Shown here: in pieces, positions 1 through 12,667 of the stretch
Layout: each line of letters starts with the position of its first letter
How positions within the stretch are numbered: position 1 is the stretch's first letter
From: Gracilinanus agilis
Lineage: Eukaryota
Direction: 5' to 3'
Assembly (NCBI RefSeq): GCF_016433145.1
Contig: NC_058130.1
Location: forward strand, 166,134,698-166,198,697
DNA: 64,000 bases
Notes under the pieces: model-generated
The model's database searches: none
Told to the model about the DNA's origin: nothing
The model's input: the letters and a program-made list of their open reading frames with translations, nothing else
Position numbers and translations under genes: made by a program

Positions 1-56
1 GAAGGAAGGAAGGAAGGAAAAGAGAAAGAAAGTAAGAAAGAAAGACAAAGGAAGGG
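1..56. repeat. (GAAG/GAAA)n purine microsatellite abutting the assembly gap
   Basis: gaaggaaggaaggaaggaaaagagaaagaa..., followed by the N run 57-199. Confidence 0.85.
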
Positions 57-467
57 NNNNNNNNNNNNNNNNNNNNNNNNNNNNNNNNNNNNNNNNNNNN
101 NNNNNNNNNNNNNNNNNNNNNNNNNNNNNNNNNNNNNNNNNNNNNNNNNNNNNNNNNNNNNNNNNNNNNNNNNNNNNNNNNNNNNNNNNNNNNNNNNNNA
201 TGCAATCAGCTAACCTACCACTGCACTCAGCTGTTTCCTGGCACCCTGAGGTTATGAGGGATACCCCATAAGACTCCCTTCAGAACTACTCCCAGCCCCA
301 CCTGTGCTCACTTCCCTCTCTAGGCGGTTCTGTGCTCTGTTCTCCTAACAATTACATGCTATTTGTATAAAAATCTGCCCTAACCCTGGTGAGCAAGTCG
401 TAGCCTTCCTCCCCTTTACTTCCCCAAAGAGCTGGCGGCGTCCCTCACCAGTACTAAAAATAGAAAC

Positions 468-700
468 ACTGATGTTGTCCAGTCGCTTCAGTCGTGTCCC
501 ACTCTTCTTGACCCTGATTTGGGGTTTTCTTGGCAGAGACACTGGAGTGGTTTGCCATTTCCTTCTCCAGCTCATTTCACAATTGAGAAAACTGAGGCGA
601 GCAGTGTTATGACTTGTCCAGGGTCACCGAGCTAGTAAGTGTCTGAGGCTGGACCTGAACTGGAAAGCGAATCTTCCCAGCTCCAGGTCAGCACCCTAGC
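468..700 (-). mobile_element. MAR1-like CORE-SINE with RTE-type tail
   Basis: gttgtccagtcgcttcagtcgtgtccc...ggagtggtttgccatttccttctccagctc. Further copies at ~3573-3790(-), ~8693-8880(-), ~9885-10110(-), ~2960-3155(+), ~5212-5425(+) and ~11160-11390(+). Confidence 0.75.
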
Positions 701-1537
701 TCCTGAGCCAACAGAATAACAAGAGTTGGTCAACTTAAAGGATTAAATCAGGTCTTTGGGGCCAAGTTGGCTCCGCCTTTTGGGTCTGTCTTCTGGTCTC
801 TGGCTGCCCTTCTTGAACCCGGCCTGTTTTGGCACCAGCGCCGCCAACCTCACACAGCCTCCTCCCTCATCAGCCTCCTTTTCTCCTCTGGCATCCTGGT
901 CTCTCGTGACTAATCCCCTCACCACAAGCTTTTCATTGTCCTTTTAAACTGGTCGTGTAGGGACTTGCTGTCCGCCTGCACCGAGGGCCCTGGGGGATGT
1001 CATTCTAGAAGAAAACAGAGATCCGGGCTCCCGGGGCAGCTGTCTCTTATCCAAAGTCTTCTCTCCCTTGACATCCTGATAAAATTGTGGGATTTTGTCC
1101 CTGGTGTGCATTTGTGATAGTGATTGTTTTCCTGGTTAGACTCTTCCCTTCTAGGAATAATCCTGCCTGGGCCTCACCCAATAATTCTGTAATATGGGGC
1201 CGCATTGTTTGCCAGGATTGCACTTCACATGTTCACATCCAGGCTTGTTAAAGACGTTTTCTCAACATGTTCCTTTTCTCAGCATATTTTTTTCAGGTTT
1301 CAGGATCAAAACTTTGTTCCTTTTCCACCTCAGGAGGCCAGGCATGACACGAAGTGTTCGTAGAGATAAATCATGTATCTCGGTCAGGAAGAAGGGAAAG
1401 AGACATTCCACCGACTGCCTCCTGCCAGATCTTCTCTCATAAACTTTGACCTGAAATTTCTGGGCTCGGTCTGGTCTTTGGAGTTTTTCTTTTAATATGG
1501 TTAAATCTCCATCAAACTCATACAATATTCCAATGCC

Positions 1538-1727
1538 TTTTTTTTTTTTTATAACCCCTTACCTTACATCTCAGAATCATTACTGTGAATTGGTTCCAAG
1601 GCAGAAGAGGGGTCAAGGCTAGGCAATGGGGGTAAAGTGACTTGCCCAGGGTCACAGAGCTGGGAAGTGTCTGAGATCAAATTTGAATCCAGGCTGCCTG
1701 GTCTCTACTGAGCCACCTAGCTGCCCC
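1538..1727 (-). mobile_element. SINE1_Mdo-like tRNA-derived SINE
   Basis: Reverse complement of ggggcagctaggtggctcag...gtgaccctgggcaagtcac...poly(A). Confidence 0.85.
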
Positions 1728-2285
1728 ATATACTCTCAAAAGCCCAACCAGTTCACAAAAAAAACAAAAACAAAAAAAAACACATTTGCTTTACAGATAA
1801 AGAAACTGGAGCTATGAAATTATTTTCCTGAAGTCGAGTTCATGGTAGAGCTTCCATTTCCCAAAGGCAAAGGCCGATTAATATGTCAACTAAAAGGATG
1901 GCTGCTCTAGGTCTTTAGATCTGATGGGTCCCAAAGCACCATTTTGCTTTTTGATGTATAAAATCTATAACAGATTATTTACTGTCTCAGGGAGAGATGG
2001 AGAAAGGGAGGGTGGAAAGGAGGGAAAGAATTTAAAACTCAAATTAGAAAAAAATAAGTGTTAAAAACAATTGTTTTTACAAGTAATTGGGGAATACAGA
2101 AATAGGTTTTGAATGATATAATACATGAATAACACAGATTGAATTATTTATCATCTCTGAGAGGGGAAAGGAAAGGGAGGGAAAGAGATAATTTAGATCT
2201 CATAATTTCAGATTATTGAAAATTGTTATTATGTGTAATTGAGAAAATCAAATGTCTTTTTGAATTAAAAAAAAAAAAAAAACAA

Positions 2286-2495
2286 GGGCAACTGGGTAGC
2301 TCAGTGGATTGAGAGGAGGTCCTAGATTCAAATCCAGCCTCAGGCACTTCCCAGCTGTGTGACCCTGGGCAAGTCACTTGACCCCCATTGTCTACCCTTA
2401 CCACTCTTCTGCCTTGGAGCCAATACACAGTATTGACACCAAGACAGAAGGTAAAGGTTTAAAAAAAATTTTAAAATAAATAAATAAATAAAAAA
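2286..2495 (+). mobile_element. SINE1_Mdo-like SINE
   Basis: gggcaactgggtagctcagtgg...cttgacccccattg...A-rich tail. Confidence 0.85.
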
Positions 2496-4001
2496 GGAGG
2501 AATTTGGGGAAAATGAAATATTCTTAAAAAAAGAATTTTCTAAGAAAGGAAGGAAGGAAGGAAGAATTTCCTTGTAGGAAATGATTCTCATTTGGGAGTG
2601 GGGTATGGGAAAAGGAATGTTACTGAGGGTCTCTCCTCTGGGCAGAAGAGCCTAAATTGCTCTAAGTGCTGCATTCTGTCACTTCCGCCAATCTAGGTTT
2701 TATTGCCTGTTGTGTGCGTGCATATATGTATATTTTAGCCTTTGTCAGTCATCTTCATCAGTTGCAATACTATCCGTCTTTCAAGACCCAGATAAAATAC
2801 TATTACATAAAACTTTGCTAAGTGTTGAAGCAGTAGAAAGCATTAGTTTTGAAGTCCAAAGACCTGAATTCTAATCTCAACTCTATCATCAACTTGATTC
2901 TATCAAATGGTATCTCAGAATTTCAATATCAGAAGGAATCTTGGAGGCCACCAGTCCAATCTGGCTTCAGACACTTATTTGTTGTGTGACCCTGAGCAAG
3001 TCATTTAACCCTGTTTGCCTCAGTTTCCTCATCTATAAAATGAGGTGGAGAAGGAAATGGTAAACCACTCTGGTATCTTTGCCAGGAAAACCCTAAGAAG
3101 ACTCCTAAGTGAGATCACAAAGAGTCAGAATCAACTGAAAAATGACTAAACAAAGACAAAATATTTATCTAATCTGATAAATGGTTGTTCTACTTAAAAA
3201 CCTACCTTATAAGAGTGAATTGAGAACCCTCTGCTGCCCACAACAGCCCATTCTACTTTTCATAGCTCTAATTATAAAGAAGTCTTTCTCTTAACATTAA
3301 ACCAGTTTTTTAAATATATTTTTTTATTTTTGTAATTTTTCACAATTTTTGGTAGTTTCTCCAAATTCAAATGTAATATTTGTAATTTCCACCTAGTTCT
3401 GCCTGGTAGGACCAAGCAAAATAAATCTAATTCCTCTTCTACATAACCTGTGAAAAAGCAGTAGAAAAAGCACTAGTTCTGGAGTCAGGGGACCTGTGTT
3501 CAAATCCTGTCTGTCTCTGATGTTTGTCCCTGTGAGACCTTGGGAAAGTCACAACTTCTCCAGGGCTTGATTTTTGTTCAGTCATTTTCAGTCATGTGTA
3601 ACTCTGTTGGGAGTTTTCTTGGCAAAGATGCTGGAGTAGTTTGCCATTTCTTTCTCCAGCTCATTTGACAGATGAGGAAACTGAGGCAAACAAGGTAAAC
3701 TTGCCCAGGGTCACTCAACTGGTAAGGGTCTGAGACCAGATTTGAACTCAGGAGTCTCCCTGACTCCAAAGTTGGCACCCAGCTGCCCTAGAGCTTGGTT
3801 ACTTTATCTGCAAATTGAAGGAATTGAACTAAAAGACCTCTGAAGTCTGTTCTAGGTACCCTTCTAGCTCTAGGCCTATGATTTTTTTTTTAAGTTATAA
3901 CAACAGGTCTTTAATTGGGGCAAGGAGAAGAGTCATCGCCCTGGGAGGATTATATTCCTGAGGAAGAAGGCAGATCCAAAGGTCTGAGACTTCCCCTGGA
4001 T

Positions 4002-4194
4002 CAGTGATTCCCAAAGTGGGCACTACCGCCCCCTGGTGGGTGCTGCAGCGATTCAGCAAGGTGGTGATGGCCACGGGTGCATTTATCTTTCCAATTAATT
4101 GCTATTATAATTTTTTAAAAATTAATTTCCAGGGAGCTAAGTAATATTTTTTCTGGAAAGGGGGCGGTAGGCCAAAAAAGTTTGGGAACCATTG
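4002..4194 (-). mobile_element. hAT/Charlie-type MITE, family A
   Basis: TIRs cagtgattcccaaa / tttgggaaccattg; 8-bp TSD ccctggat/ctctagat; near reverse complement of 50941-51132. Confidence 0.85.
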
Positions 4195-5902
4195 CTCTAG
4201 ATCTTCAGATAACTGGAGAGAGCTATCGTGCCTCCCCAAGTCTTCTCTTATCCAGACTAAATATATATAGTTCCTTAAAAAAAAAAAAAAATCTTTCCAG
4301 GTCACAAACTCAGGGCTCTTTGCCATCATGCTTATCTTCTTCAGAACACTCTCCAACTTATCAGTGTTCTTCCCAAAATGGCGCACCCAAAAGGGAATTA
4401 TCCATTTATCTAGGAATGGACAACTAGAGGCTTCAGTCTCATCTGTAAAATGGGCATAATGTCGGTCTTGTGACTTCATAGAGATGTTATGAGGATTAAA
4501 GGAGATTCTCAACATGTTCTGTCCTCAACATGGTTCTATCTATCGGTTTTATCAATCAGATCTTTGGATAATCACATAAAGATGCAATTACCAATTTTTT
4601 GGATGCCACAAAGGTGGAAGGGCCAGCTGATAAAAGCTTTTGATGCCAGAATCAAGACCCCAGACGATCTTAAATTTGAACAGGAGGTCAAATTAGTAAA
4701 ATATAATGGAACGGGGACACAAATCTTCACCCTTGCAGTGGGATCCCCACTGGTCCACCACAATGGCATTCACAAGTTCGCTAGTTCTCCCCCTTCCCCG
4801 CCTTTCCTTGAGACACTCTCTGAGAAGCTCCAGCTTCATTGGCGTGTCCTGATCCAGCTACCCCACGGGAAGGTGGGAAATAGAAGAGTAAAAGGAAAGG
4901 AATGGGGAACTCCTTTCCTAATCCTCCCCAAAGCTTGGTAAATCCATGAGCCTAGTAGGAGGCTCTTCACCCAAGTGCTGGGGAAAAGAAAAGACATGTG
5001 GGGAGAATTCCCTGTGACTTGGTCGATTGGGGCTTGTGCAAAGGGTGAGGCTGGGGGATCTGAGTTTCAGAGAAGAGTTTTAAAGGGTCCAGGCAAAGAT
5101 GCCAAATTTGAGACCCTCCCAACGGCCACCTGACCCGGATTAAAATATAATTGGGAAACGTTGAACAAAATAAATAAAAATAGAACAAAATAAAAATAGA
5201 TAATATTAATTAAGTGGTACAGTGGATAGAGTGCCAGCTTTGGAATCTGGGAGATTCATCTTCCTGAGTTCAAATCTAGTTTCAGATACTTACTGGCTAG
5301 GTGACCCTAAGCAGGTCACTTAACTCTGTCTGCCTCAGTTTCCTCATCTGCAAAATGAGCTGGAGAAGGAAATGGCAAACCGCTCCAGTATCTTTGCCAA
5401 GACTCCAACATGACTAAAAAACAGTAATAAAGTCAATAGACCACCAGCAAAGATTAGTTTCTATTTGAGTTTGACACTATTGGGAAGGAATCTCAAATGT
5501 GGGCCAGCCTGAAAGAGCTACAAGTGGGAATTAACCCACAAGGCATTTTGACCTTGATTGTTTCATTCTAGTGTAGCATAATGAGATGGAAAACTATTCT
5601 CAGAGGCAAGAGAGATCTCAATTCAAGTCCTGCCTGTGACTCACCCCAGCTGGGGGGGACCCAGGGTAAGTCACTTAATTGAATTTCACTTCTCAGTGCC
5701 TCCAGGCAATTCTCCACTACTCAAATTTGTAGAATAGGTGCCAGTCTGCCACCAGAGAAGAAATTTCTTCATTGGGATTTCCTTAAACCAAAGAAACCAA
5801 CACCCACCTCTCCCTCTCTTCCTCTGGCCCCTAGGAATTTTTTTTTTCTTTTTGTAAAAATGATGCAGTGGATAAAATGCTGTACTGGGAGTCAGAAGAC
5901 TC

Positions 5903-6660
5903 ATCTTCCCCCAAAGAGATAATAAAGAAAAAGACTTGTACAAAAATATTTATAGACTCACTCTTTGTTGTGGCAAAAAATTGGAAAATGGGGGTGGGGC
6001 ATCCATTGATTGGGGAATGGCTGAATAAATTGTGGTATCTATTGCTGATGGAATACTATTGTGCTCAAAGGAATAAAGAACTGGAGGAATTCCATGTGAA
6101 CTGAAATGACCTCCAGGAACTGATGCAGAGTGAAAGGAGCAGAACTAGGAGAACCTTATACACTGAGGCACAATTGATTGTAATGGACTTCTCAACTAAC
6201 AGCAATGCAATGATCCAGGACAATCCAGTGGAATTTAGGAGAAAGAACTGTGGAACCAGAAATGCATTAGAAAAATATATGATCAATCACGTAGTGCAAT
6301 AGGGATGTGATTGGTTTTCTTTTTTTAATGTTCAATATATTAAAAAAAATTTTTATTGATTAAGAAAAATTTTCCATGGTTCCATGATTCATGTTCTTTC
6401 CCTCTTCTCCCCCTCCCAAGGCCAACAAGCAATTCCACTGGGTTTTACATATCGTTGATCAAGACCTATTTCCATATTATTAATATTTGCACTAGGGTGA
6501 TCATTTAGAGTCTACATCCCCATGTGATTGGAGTTTTGATGCTAAAGGATTGTTCTACTACAAATATGAAATACATGGAAATAGGTTTTGAACAATGATA
6601 CACGTATAGCCCAGCAAAACAGCTTGTAGGCTTTGGGAGGGGGGAGGAGAAAAAGGAGAG
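5903..6660 (+). mobile_element. LINE-1 3' fragment (ORF2 C-terminus plus 3' UTR), interrupted by an inverted L1-tail piece at ~6330-6520
   Basis: TCTKIFIDSLFVVAKNWK...IGEWLNKLWY...MEYYCA is the L1 ORF2 C-terminal signature. Confidence 0.85.
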
Positions 6661-7334
6661 GATGGAAGGTCTTGCTATTTTTCAGGTCTACATGATGCCA
6701 AACTGTTCAAAATCTCCACTCAGACCCTTAGGGATACGAATCCAAGTCTCTTTACTTATCATATAAGTATAGATTCTTAGGGTTTTCACAGTTCAAAGGG
6801 ACCTTGGAGGCCATCTACCCAAAAGGTGAATTTCCCAATGCCAACAAGCCAACGTCCAACCTCTGAAGTTGGTACCTCCAAAGACAAAAAACTTCATCTT
6901 CCAATGGTAACGCATTTCAGTTTTGGGACACTATAATGACAAGGAATTTCCTTCTTTAGCTGTAATATGTCTCCCTATAAATTCTACCCTTTGGTTCTAA
7001 TTCTGTTCTCTGCAGCCAAAAAGAAATCTAAGCCTGCTCCTTAAGATGAAAATCCTTCTTATAGCTAGCATTCAGCGCCACCTCCCCCATACTTCTATCT
7101 TCCCTGAATCAGGATTAAAATATCCATCATAGTCTCTTCAATCTTTAATTCCACCCCGTCATTTTCCTTTGTACAGATTCCAATTTGTCAACAAGGGGGC
7201 CAGTTATCCAAGGTCTTTTCTAAATTCTAGTGCTTAGACCTGAATGGAGTACTCTAGACATGGTCTAGGGAGGGGAGGGGATAGTACAGTTCTACGATCA
7301 ATTCTCCTATTCTGGATGCTTGCTGAAATTCAGA

Positions 7335-7337
<3 letters not shown>

Positions 7338-7385
<48 letters not shown>
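7338..7385. repeat. (TA)~24 microsatellite
   Basis: Direct reading. Confidence 0.97.
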
Positions 7386-7391
<6 letters not shown>

Positions 7392-7971
7392 TTTCCAAAT
7401 TTACTATCCTAGGATCTGTGATTTTCTGGATCTGTCATTTCATCAGCAGTTTCTGCATGAAAATTCCTTCCAGTTCAGAGTAGTTAAAGGAAATGATGAT
7501 TTAATATATTTATCTGGATGTTAGTAGATAAGTCTTAAGGAGTTTCCTGAGGCACTAAATGGTTAAGGATATGCCCAAGGTCATCGTGTAAGAGGAAAGA
7601 TTTGAACCCAGTTCTAGTTCCTGAGGCCACGTTGTTTCTCTCTTTCTGGTCCAAAACCAGAAATCTACTTTGACATAATTCTAACTTGGCTTGAGGTGAT
7701 CACCCATTCCCTTTCTAGGTGCTCACAAACCATCTGTCTCTTTTGTAATATAGTTTAGAATTTTGTCAGGCATCCATATCAGGCTCATTAACAAAGAGTC
7801 TGAAAATCTTCTTCCCCCCATTTTGGAAAATCGGGCCATTTATTCAACTCCAGTTCTGCGGCTCCTCCATAGACCTTGGGTCCCTCAAACCACCCAGAGG
7901 CTCAGTCATCTCATTCCTAGATTCTTTCAGTGACTGGGCTGTCGTAGGTCAAATCAGCCAGATGACTTGAA

Positions 7972-8169
7972 TTTTTTTTTTTTTTTTATTTTAAACCCTT
8001 AACTTCTGTGCATTGACTCATAGGTGGAAGAGAGGTAAGGGTAGGCAATGGGGGTCAAGTGACTTGCCTAGGGTCACACAGCTGGGAAGTGGCTGAGGCC
8101 GGGTTTGAACCTAGGACCTCCCGTCTCTAGGCCTGGCTCTCAATCCACTGAGCTACCCAGCTGCCCCCC
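7972..8169 (-). mobile_element. Young SINE1_Mdo-like SINE
   Basis: Exact TSD tgacttgaatttttt on both sides. Confidence 0.92.
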
Positions 8170-11100
8170 TGACTTGAATTTTTTGAGGACAGCTGGGATT
8201 TCTCTTCTTACGTCTCCCTTATCTTGATTTATAACTGATAACTTAATATTTGATTAAATAATTTAGAAATATAAATCGATGTACATAATATATAAATATT
8301 TAATTTTTAAAATTATTTTCTTTGGCGGAGAGAGATGGGAATGTAGGAGCTGAGTAGGCAGACATCACCAATGTTTTGCCCATCCAAAGCAGTGGAACTG
8401 TTCCTTCTTTGTCCGCCTCTCGACCCCAAAATAGCTCCTTCCGGGGACAGGGGGTATCCTTGACATTTATCCTAGGCCCCAGTTAGCTGAAGGATCTACG
8501 TTTCTTGACACTATTATTAAGTCCTATTATTTTCCTATAGTTGTCTTGGGTTATCTTTCCCTGTTTCCACCTTTGTACTTTTGATCCTTGATGGATTTAT
8601 GACCCCCGTCGTGAGTCTAACTCTGCAGGTGTAGATCACAACCAATCCACACCTTCTTAGGCTGTGCCGTCCTTGCCAAGTTCTGTCATACATTGTTGTT
8701 CAGTCCCATCCAACTCTTCCTAACCCTATTTGGGGTTTTCTTGGCAGAAATACTGGAGTGGTTTGCCTTTTCCTTCTACAGATAAGGAAACTGAGGCAGA
8801 GGTAAGTGACTTGTCCAGAGTCACCCAAAGTGCCTGAGGCTGGCTCTGAAGTCGGGAAGATGCGCCTCCTGGTTCCAAGGCCAGGGCTGCCCGTTCTGTC
8901 CCCAGAGGTCTCCCTCTGCCTCTTCGCCGCCCCTGCTGCTCCTCGGCTGGACTGCCCCCTCTTCCAGCCATAGCAGGCCCCCGAGGTTGCATGAGGCACA
9001 TTAAGTAGATGAGGCTTCTTCTTGTAGCCAAGTCGTGGTGGGTCACATGGCGCACTAGACACGTCCCCGCCACTCTGGGGACGCAGGAGGAGCCACATTT
9101 GCCCCATGAAAGCGGGGCCGATTCTTCCTTAAAAAGCGATGAGAGGTGGCTCAGCGGATGGAGAGCCAAGCCTAGGGACGGGAGGTCCCAAGTTCAAATC
9201 TGGACTCAGACGCCTCCTAGCTGTGTGGCCCTGGGCAAGTCACTGCTTAGCCCTGATCACTCTTCTGCTTTAGAACCAATGCCCAGTACTGATTCTGAGA
9301 TGGAAGAGAAGGGACTAAAAATTAAAGTACATCCTAACAACACTACAACACAGATCCAGCGAATGGGTGGTTTTCTAAGTCAGGATGCTGCCAGCAGATC
9401 CATTTCTACTTGAGTTTGATCCCACTGGCTCTCCGGGCAGAGGAAGCGGGATCGAATTCTCCCTAAGCTTCCCATCTCTGGGGGTCAATGCGAAGGCCTG
9501 GGAGATGCAGGCAGGGAATCGGTATACGGTGAATTGGTGCTGAATTCTTGGCAAATGTTCTTTCCATGCCGTTGGGAGGTAAATGGACGGTTTTTGGAGA
9601 ACTATCAGAGAAAGCCGCAGGGCCGGGACGTGTCTCCAAGCCGTTGCCTGGCTGCTGCCTCCCTCGGGGTCCAGGGTTGCCCCTCATGAAGCCTGGGGTG
9701 AGGAGGGGAGCCTGGAAAACTCCCCAAAGGCAGAACCCTCAGCTCAGAAACCCCTGAACCAGGGCTTCCCAGGATACACTGCGCCCAGCTGCTGGAGTAG
9801 CGAGTCTTGCCATAGAATAGAACAGAGGCTGGGCACGGTGCCAAAGATGACAATGATCACAATGATTTCATCTGATCTACAGGGACATCCGGGTGTGTTG
9901 TTCAGTCACTTCTGAACCTTCGTGACCTCACATTTGAGGTGTCCTTTCCTTCTCTAGCTCATGGGACAGCTGAGGAAACTGAGGCAGTGTCAAGTGACTT
10001 GCTCAGGGTCCCACGGCTAGTAAATGTCTCAGATCACATTTGAACTTGGGAAGATGCGTCTTTCTGATTCCAAGCCCACTGCTCTATCCACTGTGCCACC
10101 TAGGGACTCAGCAACCCTGGGAAGTAGTTATTACTACCCCCATTTAATAGAGAAAGAGAGGCAGGCAGGTTAAGTGACTTGCCCAGGGTCATACAGCTAG
10201 GTGTCTGAGGCTGGAGTTGAACTCGGGTTTTCCTAATTCCAGGCCTGATGTTATATATCCAATGGGCTACCTAGCTGACTCTAGAGCCTAATTCCCAGGA
10301 GAACCCTTTTCTCTATTCCTCATCCATCATTTGTAAATTTTTTTCTAATTAAAAAAAATTATATTTTTCTTTTCTAAGTTACATGTAGTTATTTTTTTGT
10401 TTTTTTTTTAACTTCTTAGAATTGATACTAAGTTCCACAGCAGAAAGGCAGAAGAGAGGGCCATTGGAGTTGTGGCTTGACCAGGGTCTCCCAGCTAGGA
10501 AATGTCCAAAGCCACATTTGAACTCAGGCCCTCCTGTCTCTGGGCTTGGCACTCTATTCAACGAGCCACCCAGCTGCCCTGTAAATACAATTTTGGATAA
10601 TCGCCCACTATTGTTCTTACACATCCCAAAGGGATTGGTCATCTAACGGTGATGGAGAATAATACAGAAATGTAAGATAACAGGTCAATGAGGGCGCATT
10701 ATGGATAAGGGCAATGGCAGAGGCCAGAATGGTGCAGTTTCCACAAAAGGGAAAGGGGGAGCACAGATTTAGAGGTGGCAGGTACCTTAGAGTACCAACC
10801 TTTTAAGTTTTCAGATGAGGAAACTGAGGTGTGCCTTGGCCAGGGTTTCAGGGGAGAGTCTGGAACCAAGGTCTCCCTTGGCTCTAAATTCTGTGTGGTC
10901 CATCCGCTCGGCCACACTGGTTGTGCCGTGACACTTCCATCCATCCGTCCACATGTGATAGAGACACATTATGGTACAAGACAGATGAAGGCAGAGAGGG
11001 TCAGCAGGAGTCAGAAGTTAAGCCAAGAGTCTTATTGGCCCTGTCTTCTTATCCCTCGAGGGATAATTTTTGGTCTAATGTCTTACAGAATTCTCCAATT

Positions 11101-12667
11101 CAGGCAAGAGAAATTTCTTGGAAAGTGAAGCTAGGGCCCTAGAGGACCTAGACTTCAGCAGCTAGGTGCTGCATAGCACAGAGTGCCAGGCTGCGAGTCA
11201 GGAAGGCTCATCTTCCCAAGTTCAAATCTGGTCTCAGACACTTAGCAACTGGGTGACCCTGGGCAGGTCACTTAACCCTGCCTGCGGTCAGTATCCTCAG
11301 CCAGCAAATGAGCTGGAGAAGGAAATGTTAAACTATTCCAGTATCTTTGCCAAAATCCCAAATGGGTCATGACTGACAATAACTGAAAAGACTTCCCCTA
11401 ACTCAGGAGTTCCTTTTTTTTTCCTTTTGTATCATGGACTGCTTTGGCAGTCTAGTGAACCCTATCAGAACATTTTTAAATACACAAGAAACATAGGACT
11501 GCCAAGAAAATTAATCATACTGAAATGTGAAATGTGCCAAAAATTATTTTTCCTGCAGATCTCAGGTTAGGAGCTCCTCCCCATAACCATCCTTTTTACC
11601 TCCTTTTAGGCAGGACGGACCCTAAAAATATTTCCCATGAACATTCTTTCATTCACTCTTCTCTGAAGACATTTCCAACAAGGTTATGTGTCCTCAAGGA
11701 GTTTGAAATTTGGCAGAGGGCTAAGGAACACACAAATAACTATAACACAACTTCAAATGAGCTAAGTACATGAGGTCAGAAGTCCAGATTCTGTGTTGGG
11801 AGATGGTTATTTGTCTGGAAGGTAAGGAAACTCAAACCAAACTTCTTGGATGTGAGCTTTTTGTAAAGGGAAGGATTTCAACAACTGGAAATATGGAGGG
11901 AGTCTGTTTCAGGATTGGGGGGATGGCCAACACAAAAGTACTTGGGGAAGCAAAAGATGAGGGAAATGCCCAGCAGGCCAGTTTGACGGAACCAAATATA
12001 TTTGAAGCAGAGTGCACTCCTAAGATCACATGCATGCATTAAGAAGACTGCTTTAGCAGTGACATAAAAAATATATCAGGCCTTACAATGAAAAATGTTC
12101 TCTAGCTGCAGAGAACTGATGGGAGTCTGAATGCACATTGAAGCATACAATTTTTCACTTTGTGTGGCTTTTTTTTTGTGCTTTTCTTTTATATTCATCT
12201 TTTTTCACAACGAACCTCAAGTTGAAATGTTTTGTGGAAACACACAAGTATAACAGATCAAATTATCTCCCATCTCAGGGAGAAGGGAAGAGAAGAAAGC
12301 AGGGGGATAATTTGGATCTGGACATTTTGGGTAATGTATGTTAAAAATTATATGTAGGAAACAATTAGGTGGCACAGTAGAGAAGATACCAGGCCTAGAG
12401 CTAAGAGGTCCTAGATTCAAATCCGGCTAAATCTGGTCTGTGTGACCCCTAGCAAGTCACTTAACCCCATTTGCCTAGCCCTTGCCCTTTTGTCTTTGAG
12501 TTGTTACTAAGCCACAAAGTAAGGTTTTTTAAAAAATTAGTACATGTAAGTGGGGAAAAAATTATTAGAAAAAAATTTATCAAGGAACTACTTCATAAAT
12601 GTTGGGTGACTGAACTGAGATACTGGAGGCTGAGACCAGTAAAGAGTCTACCTCAAAAAAGCCAGAG

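Larger units (their letters stand above)
743..9720 (-). pseudogene. Candidate decayed protein-coding locus of unknown identity (possibly SPATA31/FAM205-like)
   Basis: Non-repeat, CpG-retaining segments with long frames broken by single stops and SINE insertions. Only weak motif resemblance; not confirmed. Confidence 0.25.

Noticed and set aside
750-830. Plus-strand GLWGQ, and minus-strand WGKCGSSC near 9100, resembling the N-terminus of human C9orf131 as recalled
   Set aside because: Matches are 4-5 residues, on opposite strands and without extended alignment; not enough to assign orthology. Kept only as context for the pseudogene hypothesis.
5868-6104. 78-aa ORF with protein-like content
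   Set aside because: Fragment of the LINE-1 ORF2 C-terminus, not a host gene.
7244-7483. ORF containing YIYIYI repeats
   Set aside because: Translation of the (TA)n microsatellite.
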